DNA of 50,498 nt, taken from assembly GCA_015064135.1 (NCBI GenBank), contig SVSU01000002.1, positions 1-50,498 on the forward strand, read 5' to 3'. This document shows positions 35,234 through 44,368 of the stretch, piece by piece; within the stretch, counting starts at the first letter, position 1, and each line of letters begins with the position of its first letter. The translations under genes and the position numbers were made by a program. The notes beneath the pieces are model-generated. The model made no database searches and was not told the origin of the DNA. It saw only the letters and a list, made by a program, of their open reading frames with translations. The DNA is from Oscillospiraceae bacterium. Lineage in GTDB: Bacteria > Bacillota > Clostridia > Oscillospirales > CAG-272.

Positions 35234-35247
35234 CGAAAATATGTTCG
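35234..35247 (+). promoter_or_regulatory. LexA (Cheo/DinR) box
   Basis: CGAAAATATGTTCG compared with the Firmicute consensus CGAACnnnnGTTCG has one mismatch. It lies 9 nt downstream of the -10. Confidence 0.65.
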
Positions 35248-35280
35248 GCGAGAATGATGTAAAGAAAGGATTTTGAGAAG

Positions 35281-36423
35281 ATGGCAAAAGCAGCGAATAA
35301 GAAACCCAACATAGGGATAAATTACACGGAGAGAACAGCGGAGGAGAAGCAGAAGGCATTGGCGACAGCCATCAGCCAGATAGAGAAGGATTTCGGCAAA
35401 GGAACCATCATGAAGATGGGCGAGACATCCAGACTGAACGTATCCGCAGTGTCCACGGGTTCCCTTTCACTTGACCTGGCGCTGGGAATCGGCGGTCTTC
35501 CGAAGGGCAGAATTATCGAGATCTACGGTCCCGAATCCTCAGGTAAGACCACTCTGGCTCTTCATGCTGTGGCGGAGGTGCAGAAGGCAGGGGGAACAGC
35601 GGCATATATTGACGCGGAAAACGCTCTTGACCCCGTGTACGCGAAAAATCTTGGCGTAAACATTGACGATATGCTCGTATCCCAGCCTGACAGCGGAGAG
35701 GCTGCACTGGAAATATGCGATTCATTGGTAAGAAGCGGTGCCATCGACATTGTAATCATCGACTCCGTTGCGGCGTTGGTTCCTCAGCAGGAGATCGAGG
35801 GGGATATGGGTGCTTCTCATGTGGGTCTGCAGGCAAGATTGATGTCTCAGGCACTGCGTAAGCTGTCGGGCACCATTGCAAAGACCAACTGTATTGTAAT
35901 TTTCATCAACCAGCTCCGCGAGAAGGTGGGTGTGATGTACGGCAACCCCGAGACGACCCCCGGCGGACGCGCGCTGAAGTATTATGCATCCGTGAGAATC
36001 GATATCCGCAAATCGGATGTTCTGAAGAACGGCTCCGAGGCATACGGAAACAGAGTGAAGTGCAAGGTTGTTAAAAACAAGGTGGCTCCTCCCTTCAAGG
36101 TGGCGGAGTTTGACATTCTGTACGGCACCGGTATTGCCAAATCCGGCGAAGTGCTTGATATGGCGGTGGATCTGGGCATTGTGGAAAAGAGTGGTGCATG
36201 GTTCTCCTACGACGGAAACAGACTGGCGCAGGGCAGGGAAAAGACCCGTCTTATGCTGGACGAGGATCCCTCCTTCATGGCAGAGCTGGAGAGACGCATC
36301 AAGGAAAAGGGCGTGAAGAACGATATAGAAGGCAAGGACTTTGATGACGCAGACAACATGGAGGATGGCGATGAGGACGACAGCGAAGCTCTCGACATCC
36401 GTCTCCTTAATCTGGATGAGTGA
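35281..36423 (+). CDS. recA: Recombinase A
   Basis: Walker [13 protein letters not shown], the [12 protein letters not shown] segment, and an acidic C-terminal tail ([15 protein letters not shown]). Confidence 0.97.
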   Translation: MAKAANKKPNIGINYTERTAEEKQKALATAISQIEKDFGKGTIMKMGETSRLNVSAVSTGSLSLDLALGIGGLPKGRIIEIYGPESSGKTTLALHAVAEVQKAGGTAAYIDAENALDPVYAKNLGVNIDDMLVSQPDSGEAALEICDSLVRSGAIDIVIIDSVAALVPQQEIEGDMGASHVGLQARLMSQALRKLSGTIAKTNCIVIFINQLREKVGVMYGNPETTPGGRALKYYASVRIDIRKSDVLKNGSEAYGNRVKCKVVKNKVAPPFKVAEFDILYGTGIAKSGEVLDMAVDLGIVEKSGAWFSYDGNRLAQGREKTRLMLDEDPSFMAELERRIKEKGVKNDIEGKDFDDADNMEDGDEDDSEALDIRLLNLDE

Positions 36424-36434
36424 CGTGCACTGAC

Positions 36435-36520
36435 GTGCGGATACAGAGAAACTAAATTGAAGCACAGCTGCCGCACTACCGAGTTATTCCCTGACGGAAA
36501 AAACTCCGAGCTGCAGGTTG
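36435..36520 (+). repeat. Structured intergenic repeat, copy C (stem-loop 1 + hairpin 2 + tail)
   Basis: Stem 1 is GTGCGG (36435-36440) / CCGCAC (36471-36476) with a 30-nt loop. Hairpin 2 is GAGTTATTCC-CTGAC-GGAAAAAACTC (36481-36506). The tail is CGAGCTGCAGGTTG. 36441-36516 repeats at 36534-36609 with one mismatch. Confidence 0.75.
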
Positions 36521-36533
36521 GCTTTGTTATCAC

Positions 36534-36609
36534 ATACAGAGAAACTAAATTGAAGCACAGCTGCCGCACTACCGAGTTTTTCCCTGACGGAAAAAACTCC
36601 GAGCTGCAG
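36534..36609 (+). repeat. Structured intergenic repeat, copy D (lacks the 5' arm of stem 1)
   Basis: 75 of 76 nt are identical to 36441-36516, with a 93-nt period. Hairpin 2 is GAGTTTTTCC-CTGAC-GGAAAAAACTC (36574-36599). Confidence 0.75.
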
Positions 36610-36732
36610 TAGAAAACTGATTCGCAAATTATGTAGGGGATGACGTCCTCGACATCCCGAATTTGTCAAATCTGCATTTCTTGTGCGTGTTGCGACAAGT
36701 GTGAACAATGTGTTAATTATCTCTGTCGCACA

Positions 36733-36760
36733 TTGTATTTGTTAAAAAATATGATATAAT
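36733..36760 (+). promoter_or_regulatory. Candidate promoter of the decarboxylase beta-subunit gene
   Basis: TTGTAT (36733-36738), a 16-nt spacer, then TATAAT (36755-36760) with an upstream TG (TGATATAAT). Confidence 0.45.
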
Positions 36761-36774
36761 TAGGAACAGAAAGC

Positions 36775-36820
36775 ATAGCAGTGTCGGATTTTGGTTCGAT
36801 ACTGCTATTGCTGTGTTTTT
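36775..36820 (+). promoter_or_regulatory. Leader hairpin + U-run (possible attenuator)
   Basis: ATAGCAGT (36775-36782) / ACTGCTAT (36801-36808), then TGCTGTGTTTTT. It lies between the candidate promoter and the ATG at 36876. Confidence 0.3.
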
Positions 36821-36875
36821 ATGCCGATTTGCGTTCGGTTGAACGCGAAACGAGTACATTTGAAAGGACGTTTTT

Positions 36876-38000
36876 ATGGAAATTCTCTACGAAAATTTTC
36901 AATACTTTGACTGGCGTATGTTGGTTATGTGGGTTATCGGCGGTCTGCTGATCTTCCTTGCCATCAAGAAAGAAATGGAACCCACCCTGCTTCTGCCCAT
37001 GGGCTTTGGAGCGATTCTTGTAAACCTTCCTCTTTCCGGTGCGATTACGCAGATCGCGGAAAATGGAGAGGCAGAGGTCGGTATGCTGTCAAGGCTGTTT
37101 GATCTCGGTATCTCCACGGAGTTGTTCCCGTTGATCCTGTTTATCGGTATCGGTGCCATGATCGACTTTTCTCCTTTGTTGAGCAACCCAAAACTGATGC
37201 TCTTCGGTGCGGCGGCTCAGTTCGGTATCTTCTTTACTCTCTGTCTGGCATCCGTATTCTTCGACATCAATGATGCGGCATCCATTGCCATTATCGGTGC
37301 GGCAGACGGCCCCACAGCGATCGTTGTTGCCGGCAAACTGGGCTCCAAATATTTGCCTGCTATTATGGTGGCGGCATATTCATATATGGCATTGGTTCCC
37401 ATTATCCAGCCTCCGATCATTCGTCTGCTCACCACAAAGAAGGAGCGCATGATCCGTATGGATTATCAGGGAAAGGAAATCTCCAAAACAACAAAGATTC
37501 TGTTCCCCATCATCATCACCATCCTTGCAGGTCTGGTAGCACCCGCTTCCGTAACCCTTGTCGGATGCCTGATGTTCGGCAACCTGATCCGCGAGTGCGG
37601 CGTTCTGGATTCACTTTCCGAAACAGCGCAGAAGGTTCTTGCAAATCTGGTTACAATTTTCCTCGGAATCACAGTGGCTTCCCGTATGACCGCAGAGGAA
37701 TTTCTGACTGTGGAAACCCTGCTCATTCTCGGTCTCGGTCTGTTTGCCTTTATCTTCGACACAGCGGGCGGCGTGCTCTTTGCCAAGTTCCTCAATCTGT
37801 TCCTGAAGAAGAAGATCAACCCCATGATCGGTGCGGCAGGTATTTCCGCATTCCCCATGTCAGGACGAATTGTTCACAAGATGGGACTGAAGGAGGACCC
37901 TCAGAACTTCCTTCTCATGCATTCCATCGGCGTAAATGTGTCCGGACAGATCGCATCTGTTATTGCAGGCGGTTTGATTCTGAATTTCTTCATGCACTAA
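36876..38000 (+). CDS. Na+-translocating decarboxylase beta subunit (OadB/GcdB/MmdB family)
   Basis: A 374-aa polytopic protein with family-typical segments (LLPMGFGAILVNLP, IGAADGPT, PMIGAAGISAFPMS). Confidence 0.85.
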   Translation: MEILYENFQYFDWRMLVMWVIGGLLIFLAIKKEMEPTLLLPMGFGAILVNLPLSGAITQIAENGEAEVGMLSRLFDLGISTELFPLILFIGIGAMIDFSPLLSNPKLMLFGAAAQFGIFFTLCLASVFFDINDAASIAIIGAADGPTAIVVAGKLGSKYLPAIMVAAYSYMALVPIIQPPIIRLLTTKKERMIRMDYQGKEISKTTKILFPIIITILAGLVAPASVTLVGCLMFGNLIRECGVLDSLSETAQKVLANLVTIFLGITVASRMTAEEFLTVETLLILGLGLFAFIFDTAGGVLFAKFLNLFLKKKINPMIGAAGISAFPMSGRIVHKMGLKEDPQNFLLMHSIGVNVSGQIASVIAGGLILNFFMH

Positions 38001-38016
38001 AACGGAGGTATGCATA

Positions 38017-38205
38017 ATGAATGATATTTTCACAAAATTCAATCCCGGTGCATTTGTTGACAACCTTTCCTATATGGGTGTGGGAATGGCGTGCATTTTC
38101 ATTGTAATCGGTGCCATCATCCTTTCCGTAGTGGTTCTTGATTTGGCCACCCGTGCCGTTGCAAACCGCAAAAAGGCAAAGGAAGAAAACGTCGAACAGC
38201 AGTAA
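38017..38205 (+). CDS. Small single-TM subunit, OadG-like
   Basis: A 62-aa protein with YMGVGMACIFIVIGAIILSVVVL and a basic tail. GGAGG lies upstream of the ATG, 16 nt after the beta-subunit stop. Confidence 0.6.
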   Translation: MNDIFTKFNPGAFVDNLSYMGVGMACIFIVIGAIILSVVVLDLATRAVANRKKAKEENVEQQ

Positions 38206-38223
38206 AAACATAGGTTGTATTAT

Positions 38224-38257
38224 AAAATCCTCCTGTCGTTCGGATGGGAGGATTTTT
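38224..38257 (+). terminator. Rho-independent terminator
   Basis: AAAATCCTCC (38224-38233) / GGAGGATTTT (38247-38256), then TG. Confidence 0.8.
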
Positions 38258-38331
38258 GTGTGAGAAGAAAAAGAACACGATGACTCAAATGAGAGGTCGT
38301 ATTCTTTTGTTATGCTTATGTTGGAGGGAAA

Positions 38332-40071
38332 TTACTTCGCGGAGCTGATTACAACCCAGTCGAGTCCGTAATCGTCGCGGATGTAGGTGTTGTCGAGGAG
38401 GAAGAACGCATCCTCTGCGTTGACATTACCGTAGCCGACGTGCATGGTGTTGGAATATTTTCCCTTATATACTGCAACGTGGATGTGTGCTCCGGAGGAA
38501 ATGCCTGCTGTGCCGCTGTCGTAGAACCAGTCGCCCTGCTTCAGACCCTTGCCCACATACAGATCGGAGATGTCGTTGTCATGCATGAAGCAGACTGTCA
38601 TGTAGTCATATGTACCGTCTGCGTATCTGACGGGAGAGATGCTTTCAATCCATACCGCATTGCAGGCGATCTCGGTGGGATCAACAGCAACAACGGTGGC
38701 ATGGAAGGGGGCGAATGCTTTGCCTTCCGTAGGCTGGATGTCGAGAGCATTTTGGTTCTGATGAGAGTATATGTCATATGCTCCCTGAGTAACGGAGAGA
38801 GAATTGCAGCAGAATATCGCCATATCCTCGCCTGAGGCATTGGTAATGCCGTGTTTTGTGATATCCCATGTCTGGTTTGCTGCTTTTCCCCGTTCTTCCA
38901 GGGTAACTGCTGCACCGTTTGTGTCGGGGGTGGAACAGGAGAGCGCCAGATTTGCGTTGTCGGCGGAAACAATGGTCCAGGAGCCGTCAACGGAGCCTTC
39001 GATGTAATACTCCATGGCATTTTTGGATGTTGACTGATAAAGCCCTGCCTTGTTGCCGGTTTCTGCGGAGGTTCCGATGACTCTGCCGAAACCGCTTTTG
39101 CTTGCGGCGGAGTAGATCAGGTAGGTGCCGCGTTCGGTTCGCTCCAGACGGAAGGATTGGGTCGCGTCCTCGGTTTTATCCCAAAGAGTGACACCGACGC
39201 CCTCGTAGTCTGCGTTGTTTCCCGATGCTGCCACATTCAGGTTTTTGCCGTTTGAGTTGGCGGTAATGGTGTAGTAGCCGTCGGGGATGATCCACTGCTT
39301 ACCGTATCCTGCGGCCGCCATGTATTTTTCCGTTTCTTCCTTGTTTTCGCTCCAAAGGAGGAAGATGGCTGCTTCGTAACCGATTTCGCCCGATTCCACC
39401 AGCTTGTTTGAAAGAATTTTGTCGGAATCCTTCATTGTGGCGCGAAGTGCGTTGTACATTGCGATGCAGGCGCCCCCTCTTGTAAGGGCTTCGTCTTCGT
39501 CTGTTGTGCAGATCTTTGCTTTTCTTGCAATGGATGCCGCCGATGTCAGGGTGTAATCCCTTTCTGTCAGTCGGTAGCCCAGTGCGTGGAGAACGTAACT
39601 CATAAATTCATCACAGCTGACAGCCGCATTGGGACGGTACTGTCTGTCGCCGATGAAGTTGAGGAGCCCTCTGTTATACATATATCCGATATAGGCGGAT
39701 GCCCATTCGGGAACATCGCTGTAAGGATGAGCATAGTTTGCTTCTTCGGCATCAACTTCCGCGCCCATGAGACGGACTGCGAAAACCGCCGCTTCGAGAC
39801 GGGAAAGTCCGCGGTCGAGAGCAAAGTCCACGCCGCCGCTTCCGTTGGTTCCCGTACCTGTAATCATGCCCAGATAATAGAGCCTGAGTGCCGCTTCTTC
39901 TTCTGTCAGTGTGCATCCCGCAACGATACGGGAGTCAACGGAAGCGGCGGCAGCAGAGAAGAGTCCTGTTTTGCCGTTGGTTTCCGGGATATTCGCGATG
40001 GTCGTCTGTGCAATGGCGGAAGCTGCCAATATGGTACACGCGACTCCGAGGAGCCGTTTTTTCATACCCAT
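38332..40071 (-). CDS. Secreted wall-associated protein: SLH-like repeats + ricin-B-like region + C-terminal M23/LytM-like domain
   Basis: A signal peptide (MKKRLLGVACTILAASAIA). An SLH-type motif PYSDVPEWASAYIGYMYNRGLLNFIGDRQYRPNAAVSCDEF. Q-x-W-like repeats (ATQSFRLE, ANQTWDIT). The C-terminus DSGTAGISSGAHIHVAVYKG resembles the M23 HxH site. The domain calls are tentative. Confidence 0.55.
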   Translation of the reverse strand: MGMKKRLLGVACTILAASAIAQTTIANIPETNGKTGLFSAAAASVDSRIVAGCTLTEEEAALRLYYLGMITGTGTNGSGGVDFALDRGLSRLEAAVFAVRLMGAEVDAEEANYAHPYSDVPEWASAYIGYMYNRGLLNFIGDRQYRPNAAVSCDEFMSYVLHALGYRLTERDYTLTSAASIARKAKICTTDEDEALTRGGACIAMYNALRATMKDSDKILSNKLVESGEIGYEAAIFLLWSENKEETEKYMAAAGYGKQWIIPDGYYTITANSNGKNLNVAASGNNADYEGVGVTLWDKTEDATQSFRLERTERGTYLIYSAASKSGFGRVIGTSAETGNKAGLYQSTSKNAMEYYIEGSVDGSWTIVSADNANLALSCSTPDTNGAAVTLEERGKAANQTWDITKHGITNASGEDMAIFCCNSLSVTQGAYDIYSHQNQNALDIQPTEGKAFAPFHATVVAVDPTEIACNAVWIESISPVRYADGTYDYMTVCFMHDNDISDLYVGKGLKQGDWFYDSGTAGISSGAHIHVAVYKGKYSNTMHVGYGNVNAEDAFFLLDNTYIRDDYGLDWVVISSAK

Positions 40072-40340
40072 GTATCAATAATTCCCCATTCTGTTTTTAT
40101 TGTGCATACCTGTATATTATAACTTATCTAAGGGATTTAGTCAAGAGCAAAAGATGCGTTTTTGTTCACTTTTGCCCAAAGCAATAAACAAATCCCCCAT
40201 AAAACTACATTATTTGTGTGTAATGTGCATATAAAAAAGAATATTTTCACAATTTACAGTATTTCCCTTAACAAGAAGGAAACGTTTTTTCGAGAGCCTT
40301 CCTCCGTATGGAGTAAATGTGACCGAGGAACTGTTTTGGG

Positions 40341-41810
40341 TTATTCTGCGGAGGTTTTTTCAACGCATGAGTTTTGGGTTGAAGGTTCGCTGATGCAGAT
40401 GCCGTCGGGGGTGAAGCGGGAACCGTGGCAGGGGCAGTCCCATGTTTTTGCGGCGGGATTCCATGCGATTGAGCAGCCCAGGTGAGGACATTTCAGGCTG
40501 ACCAGATGCAGCTTTCCCTCGTTGTCCCGATAGGCACCCGTTCTTTTGCCGTTGTGGGAGACGATGCCTGCACAGCCGGGGCGAATATCTGCGGCGGTAA
40601 GCTCGGGTACGGTGAGGTTTTTTGCCATTCCTGCCGCGGAGATGGAAATATGATGGGCGAGACTTTCACCTCCGCTTTTTATTATATTGCGCGAAGGAGA
40701 AAATATTCCCGCAAAGGGCAGATTTTCCCCCACCGCAAGATAGGAAAGGATCAGGGCGGCAGAGGCGGAATTCGTCATTCCCCATCCGTTGAAACCGGAG
40801 GCGATATAGAGCCCATCCCCTGTTTTTCCGATATAGGGAATGCCGTCGTGGGTGTAACAGTCGTTGTTTGACCAAGAGCAGAGAGGGGTTACCTCGCCGA
40901 ACATTGCTTTTGCTTCTTCGAGCAGGCGATCGGCGGCATTTGGAACGGGGGATGTTCTGTGCCGTTCGCCGCTTACAATGAGCGCACTTCCATGACTGCG
41001 ATAGGCATACCCTCCGTCAATGCCGAAATACATACTGCGGAGCACAGGTGCCCCCGTGAGGGCTGCGGCATAGCTTGTCTCGCGGTACAGCTTGATGAAA
41101 CTGAGATTTCTCGGTACGAGAACGGGATAATTTGTGGCCACAATTACTTTTGATGCTTGTATAGCTTGTCCGTTTTTTGTTTTGACGATATAACCTGCGT
41201 GAGATCTGATGGCGGAGACAGCCTCCGTTTCTTCATATATTCCCACATTTGAACGTGAGGCGATATCATGTATGGCTTTCAGGGGGGGGAATTGAAGCTG
41301 ATCCTTTACAAGAATTCCGCTTTTGATGCGGAGGGGAAGTTCAAATCTGCTTTCCCGTCCGTTTATGGGGGAGCACAAAATGCCGCACTCCCTCATACAG
41401 CGGAGCTCTGCCGCGATCCGCCGTTCTCCGTATATGGAATAAAGGAAAAAATCCGATCTCTGACAGTCGCCTCGGGATGCCGCCCCATCGTCGAGGAGCA
41501 GTTCTCTGAGGAGGCGGAGTCCGTGCAGATTAGCCTCCGCATAAAGGCGCGCCCCTTCCATGCCGATGCTTTTTTCAAGGCGCGTGTAGATCATGTTGTG
41601 GCAGACCGTCGCCTTTGCCGTTGTTCCCATAGTTTTCCCGAAACCTAAATGTTCCTTTTCGATGAGAACCGTGTCTACTCCCCGTTTTCCGAGGAGGTAG
41701 GCTGTCAGTACACCGCATAATCCTCCGCCAACAACGAGGCAGCTGCATCGGATGTCGTCGGTGAGGGTGGGGTACTTCGAGGCGGTGGTCTTCCAATATG
41801 TTTCGTTCAT
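40341..41810 (-). CDS. FAD-dependent oxidoreductase with C-terminal Rieske [2Fe-2S] domain (YhfW-like)
   Basis: Dinucleotide fold VVGGGLCGVLTAY and Rieske ligands CPHLGC...CPCHGS. The ATG at 41810 follows AAAGAGGA. The listed start at 41879 adds a basic, non-homologous leader. Confidence 0.8.
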   Translation of the reverse strand: MNETYWKTTASKYPTLTDDIRCSCLVVGGGLCGVLTAYLLGKRGVDTVLIEKEHLGFGKTMGTTAKATVCHNMIYTRLEKSIGMEGARLYAEANLHGLRLLRELLLDDGAASRGDCQRSDFFLYSIYGERRIAAELRCMRECGILCSPINGRESRFELPLRIKSGILVKDQLQFPPLKAIHDIASRSNVGIYEETEAVSAIRSHAGYIVKTKNGQAIQASKVIVATNYPVLVPRNLSFIKLYRETSYAAALTGAPVLRSMYFGIDGGYAYRSHGSALIVSGERHRTSPVPNAADRLLEEAKAMFGEVTPLCSWSNNDCYTHDGIPYIGKTGDGLYIASGFNGWGMTNSASAALILSYLAVGENLPFAGIFSPSRNIIKSGGESLAHHISISAAGMAKNLTVPELTAADIRPGCAGIVSHNGKRTGAYRDNEGKLHLVSLKCPHLGCSIAWNPAAKTWDCPCHGSRFTPDGICISEPSTQNSCVEKTSAE

Positions 41811-41884
41811 GTGAGATCCTCTTTCCTGCGGTTTCCTGTTCCTATTCTTTCCGCAGTCCGTTTTTTTATTCCTCGCCAAACATA

Positions 41885-41913
41885 TTTACATACGATGTGA
41901 GGTATGATATAAT
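41885..41913 (+). promoter_or_regulatory. Sigma-A promoter of uvrB
   Basis: TTTACA (41885-41890), a 17-nt spacer, then TATAAT (41908-41913). Confidence 0.6.
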
Positions 41914-41947
41914 ATATAAATAATGTAACCTTTTTCGAGGTGATCTG

Positions 41948-43930
41948 ATGGATAAATTCAATCTTGTTTCCAAATATCAGCCCACGGGAGACCAGCCCGA
42001 GGCAATAGAAAAGCTTTGCGAGGGTCTCCGCGCCGGGATGAAGTATCAGACCTTGCTCGGTGTGACGGGTTCGGGCAAAACCTTTACCATGGCGAATGTA
42101 ATCGCGAAGATGAACCGCCCTACTATCGTTCTTGCTCATAACAAAACGCTGGCGGCTCAGCTTTGCTGTGAGTTCCGTGAGTTTTTCCCCGACAATGCGG
42201 TTGAATATTTTGTTTCCTATTACGATTATTATCAGCCCGAGGCATATGTGCCCGGCCGCGACATATATATTGAAAAGGATGCTTCCATCAACGACGAGAT
42301 AGACAAGCTGCGCCACAGTGCAACATCCGCCCTGTTTGAAAGACGGGATGTGATCATCGTTTCCAGTGTGTCCTGCATTTACTCTCTCGGTTCCCCCGAT
42401 GAGTACAGACGGCAGGTCGTCGGCGTTCGTGTGGGGATGGAGATATCAAGGGAAGAGCTTGCCATGAAGCTTATTGATATCAGCTATGAGAGAAACGATA
42501 TCAACTTTGTGCGCAACAATTTCAGATTGAGGGGAGATACCCTTGAGGTGTTCCCGGCAGGTTACAGTGAGCGCGCCCTGCGGATTGAATTCTTTGGGGA
42601 CGAGATCGACAGGATCGCGGAGATCAATCCTCTCACGGGCTCCGTTATCGAGTATATCAATTATGTTCCCATATACCCTGCCACCCATTATGTTATGGAT
42701 ATGGAGTATAAGGAACGTGCCATTGCCGAGATAGAGTCGGAGCTTTCCGATCGGGTGGACTGGTTTCGTTCGCAGAATCAACTGGTGGAAGCACAGCGTC
42801 TGGAGGAAAGGACCCGATATGATGTGGAGATGATCCGCGAGATCGGCTATTGCTCGGGGATCGAGAATTATTCCCGGATATTTGCAGGCCGCGACCCCGG
42901 TGCTACCCCGTTTACCCTTCTTGATTACTTTCCCCGGGATTTCATCATGTTTATCGACGAGAGCCATGTGACCATTCCTCAGGTGAGGGGAATGCACGGA
43001 GGAGACCGCGCAAGAAAGCAGAACCTGGTGGATTACGGCTTCCGCCTCCCTTCCGCCTATGACAACAGACCTCTTCATTTCCATGAGTTCACGGATAAGC
43101 TGAATCAGGTGGTCATGGTTTCCGCTACCCCGGCGGAGTTTGAAGCGGAGGTCTCCTCACAGATCGTGGAGCAGATCATCCGTCCGACGGGGCTTGTTGA
43201 TCCCGAGGTGGAGATCCGCCCGGTGGAGACCCAGGTGGATGACCTGATCTTTGAGATCAAAGAGAGGACAGGGCGAGGCGAGCGCGTTCTTGTGACTACG
43301 CTGACCAAAAAGATGGCGGAGGATCTGACGGAGTATCTTGACGATAACGGGGTGAGGGTCAAATATATCCACCATAATATCGAGACCATGGAGAGGACGG
43401 AGCTTATCCGCGACCTGCGGCTGGGTCTTTTTGATGTGCTGGTGGGGATCAATTTGCTGAGAGAAGGCATCGACTTGCCCGAGGTTACGCTGGTTGCCAT
43501 TCTTGATGCGGACAAGGAGGGTCTGTTCCGTTCCACACGTTCTCTTGTGCAGATGATCGGCCGTGCGGCAAGAAACGCAGAGGGTAAGGTCATTCTGTAT
43601 GCCGATACCATGACAAAATCCATGAAGGAGGCCATTGAGGAAACGGAGCGCCGCCGCGAGATTCAGATGCGCTACAATGAGGAACACGGGATTACTCCGC
43701 AGACCATCGTGAAGGATGTGGGCGAGCTCATTTCCATAGGTGCTGCCGAGGAGGGCGCAAAGTCAAGGAAGGGAAGAGGCAGAGGGGCTGAGGCTAAGGT
43801 CCGCACTGTCCCGGCAAAAGAAGACGAGATCGAAGCGCTGACTGCAGAGATGAAGAAGGCGGCGGCAGAGCTCAGATTTGAAGAAGCGGCGTATCTGAGA
43901 GATAAAATCAGACAATTACAGGGGAAGTAA
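41948..43930 (+). CDS. uvrB: Excinuclease ABC subunit B
   Basis: Walker A GVTGSGKT, a DESH box, helicase motifs, and a C-terminal UVR domain ([17 protein letters not shown]). Confidence 0.97.
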   Translation: MDKFNLVSKYQPTGDQPEAIEKLCEGLRAGMKYQTLLGVTGSGKTFTMANVIAKMNRPTIVLAHNKTLAAQLCCEFREFFPDNAVEYFVSYYDYYQPEAYVPGRDIYIEKDASINDEIDKLRHSATSALFERRDVIIVSSVSCIYSLGSPDEYRRQVVGVRVGMEISREELAMKLIDISYERNDINFVRNNFRLRGDTLEVFPAGYSERALRIEFFGDEIDRIAEINPLTGSVIEYINYVPIYPATHYVMDMEYKERAIAEIESELSDRVDWFRSQNQLVEAQRLEERTRYDVEMIREIGYCSGIENYSRIFAGRDPGATPFTLLDYFPRDFIMFIDESHVTIPQVRGMHGGDRARKQNLVDYGFRLPSAYDNRPLHFHEFTDKLNQVVMVSATPAEFEAEVSSQIVEQIIRPTGLVDPEVEIRPVETQVDDLIFEIKERTGRGERVLVTTLTKKMAEDLTEYLDDNGVRVKYIHHNIETMERTELIRDLRLGLFDVLVGINLLREGIDLPEVTLVAILDADKEGLFRSTRSLVQMIGRAARNAEGKVILYADTMTKSMKEAIEETERRREIQMRYNEEHGITPQTIVKDVGELISIGAAEEGAKSRKGRGRGAEAKVRTVPAKEDEIEALTAEMKKAAAELRFEEAAYLRDKIRQLQGK

Positions 43931-44056
43931 GGGAAAGACTTGATTTGAGCCGATAAAAAACAACATTATGGCAATATCATTACCAATTATTTCCCCTTCA
44001 GTTCAAAAACTTTTGACAATTTGATGAGAAATATACATTTTTTCATAATAAAGTGG

Positions 44057-44085
44057 TTGACAAGGAAAGGAAGATGTGGTACAAT
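44057..44085 (+). promoter_or_regulatory. Sigma-A promoter of the giant surface-protein gene
   Basis: TTGACA (44057-44062), a 17-nt spacer, then TACAAT (44080-44085). This implies a 5' leader of about 280 nt. Confidence 0.6.
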
Positions 44086-44368
44086 GAATTTGTGTATTTA
44101 GGATATATTTTGACGACATCATTTTGCTTTTCGATGGATTTTGCTGAGAGAGAGGGGATATGGCTCTCAGATTTGCCCTGCAAGCGGCAGAATCGGCGAA
44201 AAGTAAAAGGGTGTGGAGAGACGATTTGGAGATTTTTCGAGAAAGGAATTGAATGCAAATCGGCTTTTTACTGCGCCCTTGTCGTCGTGTTTTGGCGAAA
44301 ACAGTTTAATTTCAGTATATGATACCGTGTTACGGAACATATAAAACAATTTTATAAGGAGAGGAACC

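Noticed and set aside
35722-36465. A 247-aa - strand ORF opposite recA.
   Set aside because: It is antisense to recA and has no motifs or start context.
41877-41890. LexA box overlapping the uvrB -35.
   Set aside because: It has four mismatches in 14 positions to CGAACnnnnGTTCG, which is indistinguishable from AT-rich promoter sequence.
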